DNA of 64,000 nucleotides from Thalia democratica (Eukaryota): NCBI GenBank assembly GCA_965202585.1, contig OZ241828.1, positions 52,018,001 to 52,082,000 of the forward strand, read 5' to 3'. Shown piece by piece: positions 1 to 10,499 of this stretch (position 1 is its first letter; each line of letters starts with the position of its first letter). The notes under the pieces were generated by a model. It saw only the letters and a program-made list of their open reading frames with translations, ran no database searches and was not told where the DNA came from. The position numbers and the translations under genes were made by a program.

Positions 1-299
1 AAAAAAATCACAATAAAAAAATAATAATTACGGTATCAAATAATACTGTACAATAGATATTAACATTGCCTTAAGTTTTTACAATAATTACAGTTATGAG
101 AATTAGCAATCATTATTGAGCAATAACATATATTTAAATTACTTAATATTATTTATTTATTTTATTTTTTTAAATAAATTTAAGCACATACTAAGAAAGT
201 ATACAGATAATTCTACAGTATAGTATGATTTACAGTTTTTGTTTTGTACACGTTTTTATTTTTATATTTATTCTTAAATATGAGACATGTTTTTTTTTA

Positions 300-520
300 A
301 TACATTTCTACGACTTCTCACTTTCTATGTTATTATGGAACTTTCTATTGTATTTTTCGTGGTTGTTATTGTAAAAAGAGCAACAAGAAAAATGTGAACG
401 TACATGATCATAAAAATTAAAATCTAAGGGAAGGAGACGGTGTTGTGCTCATGGTAGACTATGGTTTCCATAATCAATATTGACAGAAATGAGTATAAAA
501 AAGAGTGCACACCAATTTTT
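300..520 (+). pseudogene. Possible decayed rhodopsin-class GPCR fragment
   Basis: One frame reads FYVIMELSIVFFVVVIVKRATRKM*TYMII (TM1-ICL1-like), then LCSW*TMVSIINIDR (TM3/DRY-like), with stops. An alternative frame (NLREGDGVVLMVD) resembles a BEL integrase C-terminus, so the call is ambiguous. Confidence 0.3.
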
Positions 521-3055
521 TCTTTTAAACATAATTTCGTTTTGAGTTAATTTAAATAATTAAATTTAAAAAAATATATTTATTGATTTTTTGTTGATTT
601 TAAGTTTCTTTTTTATTGTTTTATTTATTACTGCTCAAAAAAAGTTATAAAATGTGTGGTGTGAGACTCATGACCGAAAGTTCTTTTTCCACACCAACCC
701 ATTGACAATAGTTGTGAGCGTTCACATTTTTTTTCTTTCTTATCAGTTTGTTTTTGTTTAAATGTGCTGTTGTAAATAAATGCATTTTTTATTTAATATT
801 ATGTATATTTGTTGACTATTGGGTTTGGATCTTGCAATGCTGAATTCAAAGTCAATAAGACTCCTTCACCAACAGGCTAAAAATTTTAAAACTGCTTCTA
901 AAAGAAAAAATAGAATTTAGGAATATGTTTTGAAACATTTTTTTAAGTTCGTATATATTTAGTAAAGTATTCTGGTTAGTTTATAGTAAGGAAAAACAGG
1001 TATTGCAATTGTTGTATATCTCTTAATCACTGGTATTTAATGCTGCAATGCACAAGTCAGAGAATTCATTTAATTATTTAATAGGATCCCTCTTTTACTA
1101 GCCAAAAATTAATACTGAAATGCTTATGTGTTGTTTTGTTATTAGATAACAACAGTTTATTTTTACTACTCTGTTGTATGTATGTTATAAAAGAGTTTCA
1201 TTTGAATTTTAAGTTTGCCAATAGTCCTTTTATCATGAAAGAGGTTTATTTTTCAATATTATTTTTTATTTTTCATTCGTAAATGTTTTTATTTAAAATA
1301 TAAGTTACACAGTTATATTTTATAAATCTTTACTAATTTTAATATCCAGCCTATTATAACAGTATAACTTCTTTTTTTTCAAATAATGATTTTAATTTTA
1401 GTTGAGCTTTGTTCAACAAATTTACTTTGTAGTACATAGTATGTATTACATATCATATATTGTTTAAACTGAGTAAATAGATATTATTTATTTAAAGAAA
1501 AGATTATTATGTTATTCAACAGTTGATTTACAAAAGCTTCAAATTGCATCAACTTCAAAATTAGTGGGAGTTATTAGAATAATAAGATTGCTTGTAATTA
1601 TTTACTTTATGTGTCAGTAAAAAATTACTTGGGGATTTGGGCTTTATGATTTTCCCACACTTTGTGGTTTTTAGTTTTTAAATTTTAACCAAGCAATAAT
1701 TTACAGAATGACATGGGATTTTTAGCTGATTTTTAAGTTTAATAAGAGGTAACTGTTAGAAAAATTAGACAAAGTCTTATTTCTTGAATTGATTTATATT
1801 AATTTAAACGAAACCATGACAGCTGATATTTTTCAAAAAAAAAAAACTTTAATAATATAAAGGCACAGTATTTTACACTTATATATTTTACAGATTTATA
1901 AAAATTAATCATAGTATTATGCAAATGGACATGACTATAACACCAGAGCAACTCATGGAATGCAGAGTACAGACAGCATTTTGCCATCTCAATTGGCCCG
2001 GGAGCCTATATAAACAGATCCTTGACCAACTCTAATGGTCACTTCTCCTCGAGGCAACGAAACAACTAAAATAAAACTTACTGAAGAAAGATAATGAGCT
2101 TTGGAGCAGGCCCAATTAGTAATTGTAGATGGATGACACATACCAATGATCAAAAGTTTAATTATATTACTCATATATTAATAATGATATAATAGGTAAC
2201 TTTCTAAAAAAGTGTATTACAATGATGAATGATTGATTCATTTTTGCTATCATGTGGTTTAGCATCAAAAATAATTTAAGGTTCATAACTTTGTTTATTT
2301 ATGTTTTATTTTTTTGGTACTGAATTGGTTACTGAATTATTTTTTTTAACGTAAATATTGGATTTTTTAAATATATGTCTTATTTTTAAATAAACATATC
2401 TACTTTGTTATTTTTATTTAAGAAATGAACTAGTTTAAAGATTTTAATTTAAGTGTTCTCTTTTAAAAGTTAAGTAGTTGTTAAGTAAAATTTCATAAAA
2501 TACTTAACAAATTTTTCTGTTGTAAATATATAAATTAATTTGTTTTTTAAGATCAAAAAATGTTTTAGTTTTATAAACAAATGCACATATAAGATAAAAT
2601 AAAAAAAATATTTGATTTTATTTTTTTTGTAAGTTTTATTTTAACATATACTAGAAACAAAAAAAAAACTTTTGTTTAAATCAAATTTTTATTTATTTGA
2701 AAATACTATGCTTGTTAATGAATTTTATAGAAAGTTTTCCTTTTTACTTAATTAATAACTTTTAAGTTTAATAAAATTTCTTGTTTTCAATTTTAAACTT
2801 GTAAAGCAAGCTTTTTTATGGTCATCATTTAACAAAAAATAATTTTTTGATATAATATGCAAACTTCAATTATAAACTACAACACATATTTTATTCCAGA
2901 AAAAAAATCTTTATTTTATTAATATAAATTACTTTTACTTTTTTAAACTTGTTTTGTTTTTGGTTTTTGTTATGTTTTTTTTCTTAAATTTGAGTATATA
3001 CTACATTTTTTTCCTTAATTTAAAGTTTTATAAGGTATGGTATGAATTCTATTAG

Positions 3056-3500
3056 AGCCTTTTGAGTTCACTAACTTTGATCGCTCATATTTTAAAAGTG
3101 ACTTTGAATTTTCTTAAGCTATTAAAAACTTCTGATATTTAAGATAAAACTCTTAAAATATGATAAACCGTAGGTGGAACCCCCACCCCTATTGTTTTAA
3201 TTGATAAAATATAATTCATATTTTTAATGGTCACATTTCAATCTTGTTTCATTTTTATGTTAAACAAAAGCGAATTGTTTAATAGACTGATAAAGTTAAA
3301 CAATTTATCAAATATTTTATAAATACTCCAATAAACTAATTTAAGGGCATAGGGGAGAAAAACAGTATTTTCAAATATTGTCTTACTTTTTACATAATCA
3401 GATAAGCTTTTTGTTTCATTTTACTGCTTGTTAAATTCAAAGTATTTTTAGAGATATAAGCGATCAAAGTCGGAGCATTCAGTACGCAAACTAAAAGAGC
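3056..3500. mobile_element. MITE-like element with imperfect terminal inverted repeats
   Basis: actttgatcgct (3074-3085) is the reverse complement of agcgatcaaagt (3459-3470). The imperfect inverted match extends about 40 bp inward (ctttgaattt/aaattcaaag) and outward. No ORF. Confidence 0.5.
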
Positions 3501-3848
3501 AAAAATAGACTATTTCACTAAAAATCTATCTTCTCATCTAGTTTTTAAGCATTTGAATTAAAAGATTTCAGAGTAATTGTTGATAAACTTTCAACAATTT
3601 GTATGAAACATATTTTTAAATTTTTTCAAATAACGTTTTTAATAAAAAATAAACAATTTTTTTTTCAATCCGATTCCTACAAGTTGTTTGTAATATTGAT
3701 AAGAACATTTCCTAAAATTTTGAATTAAATTGCTGTAAAAATGAAGGAGGAGACAGATTTTCAGAGAATTTTTAAACTTTTGAGAAAATTGCCCTTAGAA
3801 ATTTTCAATTCTGTACGGTTATATCTCCGTCTTATTTTTTATTTTTCA

Positions 3849-3884
3849 GGCTTGAAGACCCATGTTGGGTTAAACGTCTTTGCC
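3849..3884 (+). ncRNA. Decayed minimal hammerhead ribozyme relic
   Basis: ggc-TTGAAGA-cccatgttggg-t-TAAAC-GTC-tttgcc followed by aataaa. The layout is that of a type I hammerhead, with core substitutions. Confidence 0.35.
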
Positions 3885-4299
3885 TTTGTTTAAATAAATA
3901 AAGTTTAAGTAAGTTACTCATTTTAAATAGGTTTATTTATTAATTACATTTAGTGCGTCATCAGAATAATCTTGCTAAAAATTGATAATAACATAGTGTA
4001 AATTTAGTTATATACAATGATTTTAAAATGTCTAGCTAAAGGTAGTTACGTCATCAAGTATAAAAGTCTGTTTGAAAAGTTTAAATTCAAGTTAAACTTT
4101 GCTGATTTGAAGTTATTTATGAGACATAATTTTTAAAACAAAAACATTTAAGATAGTAGAAGTTTAATTAAAACTAAATTAAGTAAAAGCACATTGCAAA
4201 AAACGACAGCAACAATACTAAAAAACGCTATTTATAAAATTTTAAATATAAAAAATCTCTTTGTTTGCAAATTTTCGGCTCGCGAGTACTAATGAACAA

Positions 4300-4420
4300 A
4301 GATTCTAGAACTGAGAGATGGTAAGTGTTTCTCGCACTGGATAGAATTTTGAACCTACTATCCAGGTAGTTCTCAGCACAACTAGGGTTGTTGATGAGGT
4401 GCTCCTGAATAGATGATTGT
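4300..4420 (-). mobile_element. Possible tRNA-derived SINE remnant
   Basis: GC-richer island. The minus strand has ggatag-taggttcaaaatt-ctatcc, a hairpin containing a B-box-like GGTTCAAA. Confidence 0.3.
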
Positions 4421-4904
4421 TCATCTATTTTTACAAAAAACTAGCTTTTGAACAAAACTTATACCTTTTTCAATGTAAATCGTTTGTTAACCATTGATAT
4501 AGATGTCAAAATTTCGAAAGAAAAGCTGGTTAAGACTCTAAAAAAATTAAATGCTTTACTTTATATCATGCTGCAAACTATGTATTCAAGTTTTATGCTA
4601 CCTATAAATACAAATACTATTATGTCTAAAAAGGCTGATTTTAGAGGGATGTCTTTTATTGTTATTCATACAATTATTTTTAGTTTTTTCAGTAGAAAAT
4701 ATAAAGTAAAATGTAAAAAAAATAATTGTTAAGTGTTAATAAAATATTTTTTTATTTTTACACAAACTATAAATAAATTTTTACAAAGTCTTTGAAAACA
4801 TACTGAAAACTTGTAGATTTTCAAGCTAAACTAATCATTTTAATTAATTAGCATAGCTTGTCTTTTATATGCCTAAGTGTACTAGGCTTAAACTTGTTAG
4901 TCCG

Positions 4905-5110
4905 GGACACGTTCAAAATTCACCCAGCTAAATTTGAGAACCGCTTACCGTAATAAAGGTAAGGGTTAGGGATAATAGTGATAGTGAAAAATAAATAAAC
5001 ATAATCAAAAAGTATATAAAATAAATTAGTAAATAAAGAAAATGTAAAAAAATCGGATGGATTTTGATCGGGTGGATTTTGAACGCGGCTGGGTTTTGAT
5101 AGTATACCGT
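4905..5110. mobile_element. Short foldback/MITE with AGGGTTAGGG core
   Basis: ttcaaaattcaccc on the left versus gggtggattttgaa on the right (inverted), repeated gattttga units, and an internal ggtaagggttaggg. Confidence 0.5.
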
Positions 5111-5379
5111 TAGTTCATAAACTATAAAGTTTTGGCTAAGATAGAAAAAAGTATTTTTTCTCAATAAATTTTAAAACGTAAGCGAAATTTTCACGTTTTT
5201 GCTCTATTTATTACCAATTTTATTTAATTAGCTTAATAGTTTAACTGTAGTTTTTTTCAATTGTAATTTGTAGAATTGTAAAAGTTTTTAAAATTGAAAT
5301 AATTGATAAATAGCAATTTTAAAAGTAAATATTAATATTCATGTTAAAATTTTGTGGTATAACGGAAATTCAATATTTT

Positions 5380-5940
5380 TAACATCAATTTCTTTTTTTG
5401 GTAAAAAACTTAGGTTAAAGTCATAAAGTTCGCTTTAGGACAATTATCGTTGATTTGAAATTAGTTAGACAATTTCACTTTCAAACTTAAAAACATTTTC
5501 TTAAATTTTGAATAACTGATTATACAATTAATATTACAATTTTTTGTGTTATCATCAAACTAAACTTAATCTTAAAAAAAAAAGCAAAAAACTTAAAAAA
5601 TAGTTAAGAGTCAGTATTTTATTACATCTATATAATTACTAAATGATTGGTCAAATTTGTTAACGTCAAATACTTTTTTGGTAAAAAATTAACTTTAAGT
5701 TATAAAGTTTGTTATAGAACAATTATCGTTGATTTAAAATTATTTAGACGACTCCAACTTAAAAACTTTTTTTAGTAGTCCTTAATAACTGATTGTGCGA
5801 TTTAACATTTAAATTTTATTTTCATTTTATAAAATTAAACTAACTATAAAAAATTATTAAAAAAATAAAAAAATAGTTAAGATTTAAGACTTTATCATAA
5901 TTATATAATAATCAATTATTTCATCGATTGTGTTTAAATT
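5380..5940. repeat. Diverged tandem duplication, period about 290 bp
   Basis: ttttttggtaaaaaa...caattatcgttgattt...aataactgatt occurs at about 5390-5520 and again at about 5675-5795. Confidence 0.6.
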
Positions 5941-6600
5941 AACTTAATGATTTATAAAAAATTCATTAATCAGAAAAAAAATAGAATTATTTTATTTGTT
6001 TTGGTATTTCTTTTAGTTCTTTTAGTCTGTTAGTGGTTTATTTAAAGTTTATTAAAACGTTTACTACTTAGTTCTGTTTTTAAGCCCTGCTTTTACTACT
6101 TAAGCCCTGTTTTTACTAATCACAACTATCGTGTGAATAGTGAGTTTTGATACAAACCTGGGATTAGAATCCGTCCCGATATATTTTTAGACAATGTTGA
6201 ACTGTTGTAGAAACAGGTTATATTTATAAACTACTAACTCAGGCTAGTTAGCAGTAAGTGAAAAACAAAAATTTTTACCATCTAAAGTTATAATTCTATT
6301 TCTAAACTAAAAGCTATTTTTCTATCTTTTTCACCCTAGTACTTTAAAAAAAAAATAAGCTTCTTGATATGGTTTTTTAGGTAAGTTTAATAATGTTGAT
6401 GAAATTTTAAGTATCACATTACAACTACAGACAAAATACATAATAAACTTATTTGGAAAAATAAACTTCATTACTTTACTTATATGAAATAGAATAAATA
6501 CTTATTACATTTAAACGTGTTATAGTGATAACTTAAACAAAAAAAACTATTCTGTTTTCTTTGCAGTTTTAATGTTTAGTAATTTTAAACGTTTTATGTA

Positions 6601-7263
6601 ATGTGTAAATACGATACAATCAAACTCCAAGAACACGAATTGGATTACAAGCTGCTACATAAGGCTGCCGACGGAACCTGCAAGAGTGAAGTCTTCTACC
6701 ATTTCAACAAGAAAAATGTCAAATTTGAAGTAACCAGCATCAGTAGAGTCAAGTCGCGATCAAACATCAAAGAAGAAACTTCTAATCCGGCCAACCCGAA
6801 TCTGATGATGTTTCATGGTACGCACGGTGAGTCAATCAGAGGAATATTTAGAAATGGTTTTCGCGTTCCCGCCACGGCTAGCCACGGAAGAAGGTTCGGA
6901 GAAGCAGTGTACCTGACTCCAAGCAGCGCTTACGCTCTGAGGTTCTGCTTCAGTCACGACATGGTACAAGATTTTGAAATAAAACCGGACGGCCTGCACA
7001 AAGTGAAAATACTGGTGTGCGCGATAGCAGTTCAACCATCAGACATGCTAACATACGACCTAAAGGACCAAATAGTCGACAAAAGAGATCAAACGAAAGA
7101 AGCTGCATCTTGTTTCAAGCGCTTTAAGGAGCGTTATTCACCGGGTGATCGAAATTTTAAATTTGATAGCAAGAATAGAGTCATTAATGTAGGACCAATC
7201 AAAGACCGAGCTACCGGGGCAAGCACAAATAAAGCTTTAGATGACTATAAACTAAATACTTAA
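6601..7263 (+). pseudogene. PARP-like ADP-ribosyltransferase paralog A, copy A1 (N-terminus intact, C-terminus with catalytic Glu missing)
   Basis: 220-aa ORF with LMMFHGT (catalytic His) and FGEAVYLTPSSAYA (catalytic Tyr). It diverges from the other A copies after aaagcttt (about 7238) and lacks DEYCV. A putative 5'-UTR intron runs from ag|gtaagt (6381) to ttctttgcag| (6566). Confidence 0.8.
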
Positions 7264-7434
7264 TAACTTACTTAATTAGATGTTTCTTGGTACTTACTAG
7301 ATTAAACTTCAATGATAATTTGTTAATTTTAATGTAGATACCTTTTAGTAAATTCTTAACTTAAACTACAAATCAGCTTTAACTATGTAATTTTTACAGT
7401 TTTAAGGTTAACAGTTTTTAAGTAAGTGAAAGTT

Positions 7435-8319
7435 ATGAACAATTATAGAACAAAAGCCCTCTTAAAAACCGATCCGGATCACGACCTGCTAAAAGAAGCT
7501 ATAAAAGGAACCAGTAAAAATGATTTATTTTTTAATTTCCCAGGAAAAGAAATCAGTTTTCAAGTAGTTAATATAAAAAGAGTTATATTCAACTCAGAAG
7601 AAAAAGTTACTCTTAACCCCGAACTATACTTAAAAGGGGTAATCCCTGATAACAGTTTTGAATCAACGCCTAATCAGTCTCTCAAAGAGATGATAAGCCA
7701 AGGCGTCATTGATTCATTCGAAGAGGCTAATAACTCCGACAGATATGCTTCAAATGCTGTTGGAGTTACAATACCCACAATTAATAGTAAAAATTTGCCA
7801 GCTTTAATAGTTGAAAACGAAAAAATTAATACTAAAAACCCTCAGTTAATGCTATACCACGGATCAAAAGGTGCTTCAATTAATGGAATACTAAATAATG
7901 GTTTCAGCATTCTTGAAGAACCTATACACGGAGCAAAATTTGGCTCTGCGGTTTACCTAACACCATCAAGTACCTATGCATGCCGCTTTGCTCTCACTCA
8001 ACAGCAAAAAAAAATTTTTGCCCAAGAAGCAAGCGGAAAGATTAGAATTAAATTTTTTTCAGTTTCAGCATATGCAGACAAACTACAAAGATTTAAAGGA
8101 ACGTATTACATAGGAGAGGAAAATTTTAAGTATGATAGTAACGATAAGATTATAAACTTAGGGCCTATTAAGGTAAGAGAACCAACTGAAACAGTTGACT
8201 CGAGGCTAAGTAATTTAGTAGAAGAATATTGTATTTACAACTCTAAAGATGCTGTTCCCCAATATGTTATAGAATATGAAGTGTCTTGGGATCTGTGTGA
8301 ACATTCTAAATGTTCTTAA
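7435..8319 (+). CDS. Complete single-coding-exon PARP-like (H-Y-E) ADP-ribosyltransferase, paralog B, 294 aa
   Basis: LMLYHGS, FGSAVYLTPSSTYA and VEEYCIYNSKDAVPQYVIEY match the PARP/tankyrase catalytic triad. The N-terminus aligns with A1 (FQVVNIKRV vs FEVTSISRV) and carries an insertion of about 70 aa. First ATG at 7435, preceded by an acceptor-like tttttacag. Confidence 0.85.
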   Translation: MNNYRTKALLKTDPDHDLLKEAIKGTSKNDLFFNFPGKEISFQVVNIKRVIFNSEEKVTLNPELYLKGVIPDNSFESTPNQSLKEMISQGVIDSFEEANNSDRYASNAVGVTIPTINSKNLPALIVENEKINTKNPQLMLYHGSKGASINGILNNGFSILEEPIHGAKFGSAVYLTPSSTYACRFALTQQQKKIFAQEASGKIRIKFFSVSAYADKLQRFKGTYYIGEENFKYDSNDKIINLGPIKVREPTETVDSRLSNLVEEYCIYNSKDAVPQYVIEYEVSWDLCEHSKCS

Positions 8320-8435
8320 ACTGGTGTTCTAATTTATAAAAAAATTTATAATATTTTTGTTTATAAAATATTTCTTTTTTAAACGTTATTCTAAAAACAT
8401 ATTCTAAATCGTTAATAAAATATTCTGATATACCA

Positions 8436-8865
8436 AAGCAGCGCTTACGCTCTGAGGTTCTGCTTCAGTCACGACATGGTACAAGATTTTGAAATAAAAC
8501 CGGACGGCCTGCACAAGGTGAAAATACTGGTGTGCGCGATAGCAGTTCAACCATCAGACATGCTAACATACGACCTAAAGGACCAAAAAGTCGACAAAAG
8601 AGATCAAACGAAAGAAGCTGCATCTTGTTTCAAGCGCTTTAAGGAGCGTTATTCACCGGGTGATCGAAATTTTAAATTCGATAGCAAGAATAGAGTCACT
8701 AATGTAGGACCAATCGAAGACCGAGCTACCGGGGCAAGCACGAATAAAGCTTTGAAGGATAAGGTAGACGAATACTGCGTGTGCGACCCAAAAGATGTTG
8801 TGCCGAGTTATGTGATAGAATATGAAGTGTCTTGGACGCAGTGTGAAGATTGTAAACTTAACTAG
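8436..8865 (+). pseudogene. ART paralog A copy A2 (5'-truncated; lacks His and Tyr motifs, retains Glu)
   Basis: Homology begins abruptly at SSAYALRFC and ends with DEYCVCDPKDVVPSYVIEYEV...KLN*. Confidence 0.85.
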
Positions 8866-9136
8866 ATAGGTTTTAAATTTTAAAACAAAGTAGAATATTT
8901 TTGTATTTAAGTTTTTGTATATAGAATTTAAAAAATATGTTTTTTTAGATATAAAATTATTTCTAAAACATTATAAACTTTTTTTAAAATCTCAAGTTAA
9001 ACTTTATGTGATATAATATTAAACTTAATGCTTTGCACTAACTGTATGATTAATACTTTAGGTAGGCAGAATCATCAAAGTCATGTAGGAATGAAACATA
9101 AAAGAAGAAACTTCCAATCCGGCCAACCCGAATCTG

Positions 9137-9682
9137 ATGATGTTTCATGGTACGCACGGTGAGTCAATCAGAGGAATATTTAGAAACGGTTTTCGTGTTC
9201 CCGCCACCGCTAGCCACGGAAGAAGGTTCGGAGAAGCAGTGTACCTGACTCCAAGCAGCGCTTACGCTCTGAGGTTCTGCTTCAGTCACGACATGGTACA
9301 AGATTTTGAAATAAAACCGGACGGCCTGCACAAAGTGAAAATACTGGTGTGCGCGATAGCAGTTCAACCATCAGACATGCTAACATACGACCTAAAGGAC
9401 CAAAAAGTCGACAAAAGAGATCAAACGAAAGAAGCTGCATCTTGTTTCAAGCGCTTTAAGGAGCGTTATTCACCGGGTGATCGAAATTTTAAATTCGATA
9501 GCAAGAATAGAGTCACTAATGTAGGACCAATCGAAGACCGAGCTACCGGGGCAAGCACGAATAAAGCTTTGAAGGATAAGGTAGACGAATACTGCGTGTG
9601 CGACCCAAAAGATGTTGTGCCGAGTTATGTGATAGAATATGAAGTGTCTTGGACGCAGTGTGAAGATTGTAAACTTAACTAG
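9137..9682 (+). CDS. ART paralog A copy A3 (181 aa; H, Y and E present, first 68 aa absent)
   Basis: MMFHGT...AVYLT...DEYCV. An in-frame TGA at 9092-9094 closes the frame upstream, and homology to A1 starts at aaacat (about 9094). May be non-functional. Confidence 0.7.
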   Translation: MMFHGTHGESIRGIFRNGFRVPATASHGRRFGEAVYLTPSSAYALRFCFSHDMVQDFEIKPDGLHKVKILVCAIAVQPSDMLTYDLKDQKVDKRDQTKEAASCFKRFKERYSPGDRNFKFDSKNRVTNVGPIEDRATGASTNKALKDKVDEYCVCDPKDVVPSYVIEYEVSWTQCEDCKLN

Positions 9683-9953
9683 ATAGGTTTTAATTTTTAA
9701 AACAAGGTAGAATATTTTTGTATTTAAGTTTTTGTATATAGAATTTAAAAAATATGTTTTTTTAGATATAAAATTATTTCTAAAACATTATAAACTTTTT
9801 TTAAAATCTTAAGTTAAACTTTATGTGATATAATATTAAACTTAATGCTTTGCACTAACTGTATGATTAATACTTTAGGTAGGCAGAATCATCAAAGTCA
9901 TGTAGGAATGAAACATAAAAGAAGAAACTTCCAATCCGGCCAACCCGAATCTG

Positions 9954-10499
9954 ATGATGTTTCATGGTACGCACGGTGAGTCAATCAGAGGAATATTTAG
10001 AAACTGTTTTCGTGTTCCCGCCATGGCTAGCCACGGAAGAAGGTTCGGAGAAGCAGTGTACCTGACTCCAAGCAGCGCTTACGCTCTGAGGTTCTGCTTC
10101 AGTCACGACATGGTACAAGATTTTGAAATAAAACCGGACGGCCTGCACAAAGTGAAAATACTGGTGTGCGCGATAGCAGTTCAACCATCAGACATGCTAA
10201 CATACGACCTAAAGGACCAAATAGTCGACAAAAGAGATCAAACGAAAGAAGCTGCATCTTGTTTCAAGCGCTTTAAGGAGCGTTATTCACCGGGTGATCG
10301 AAATTTTAAATTTGATAGCAAGAATAGAGTCATTAATGTAGGACCAATCGAAGACCGAGCTACCGGGGCAAGCACAAATAAAGCTTTGAAGGATAAGGTA
10401 GACGAATACTGCGTGTGCGACCCAAAAGATGTTGTGCCGAGTTATGTGATAGAATATGAAGTGTCTTGGACGCAGTGTGAAGATTGTAAACGTTCTTAA
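9954..10499 (+). CDS. ART paralog A copy A4 (181 aa; N-truncated, G->C in the GF motif, likely original 3' end)
   Basis: Same frame structure as A3, with RNCF instead of RNGF. It ends CKRS* (gttcttaa), like paralog B (CS*, gttcttaa). Confidence 0.7.
   Translation: MMFHGTHGESIRGIFRNCFRVPAMASHGRRFGEAVYLTPSSAYALRFCFSHDMVQDFEIKPDGLHKVKILVCAIAVQPSDMLTYDLKDQIVDKRDQTKEAASCFKRFKERYSPGDRNFKFDSKNRVINVGPIEDRATGASTNKALKDKVDEYCVCDPKDVVPSYVIEYEVSWTQCEDCKRS

Larger units (their letters stand above)
8436..10491 (+). repeat. Near-identical tandem array, 817-bp unit x 2.5, each unit carrying the 3' part of ART paralog A
   Basis: aagcagcgct recurs at 8436, 9253 and 10070; ORF starts are at 9137 and 9954 (817 apart); units differ by a few substitutions. 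Confidence 0.95.

Noticed and set aside
1799-2174. Two abutting minus-strand ORFs and a HDYNTR LINE-like peptide on plus
   Set aside because: No convincing family motifs in any frame; possibly a decayed retroelement, but unsupported.
6572-6603. Short upstream ORF whose stop overlaps the A1 start (TAATG)
   Set aside because: Expected by chance in AT-rich DNA and not seen at paralog B.
6820-8445. Splicing rescue of A1 into A2 via the internal donor-like cacg|gtgagt or the acceptor-like ccaaag| at 8438
   Set aside because: The junctions I tested would delete the catalytic Tyr region or break the frame. The acceptor lacks a pyrimidine tract, and the donor lies in conserved coding sequence.
6832-10184. 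Three minus-strand 67-aa ORFs (MNCYRAHQ...) at 6832, 9164 and 9981
   Set aside because: Antisense shadows of the GC-rich ART coding frame; they repeat only because the ART sequence repeats.
8436-10491. CRISPR-like or satellite interpretation of the tandem array
   Set aside because: Units are 817-bp gene fragments without unique spacers, in eukaryotic DNA.
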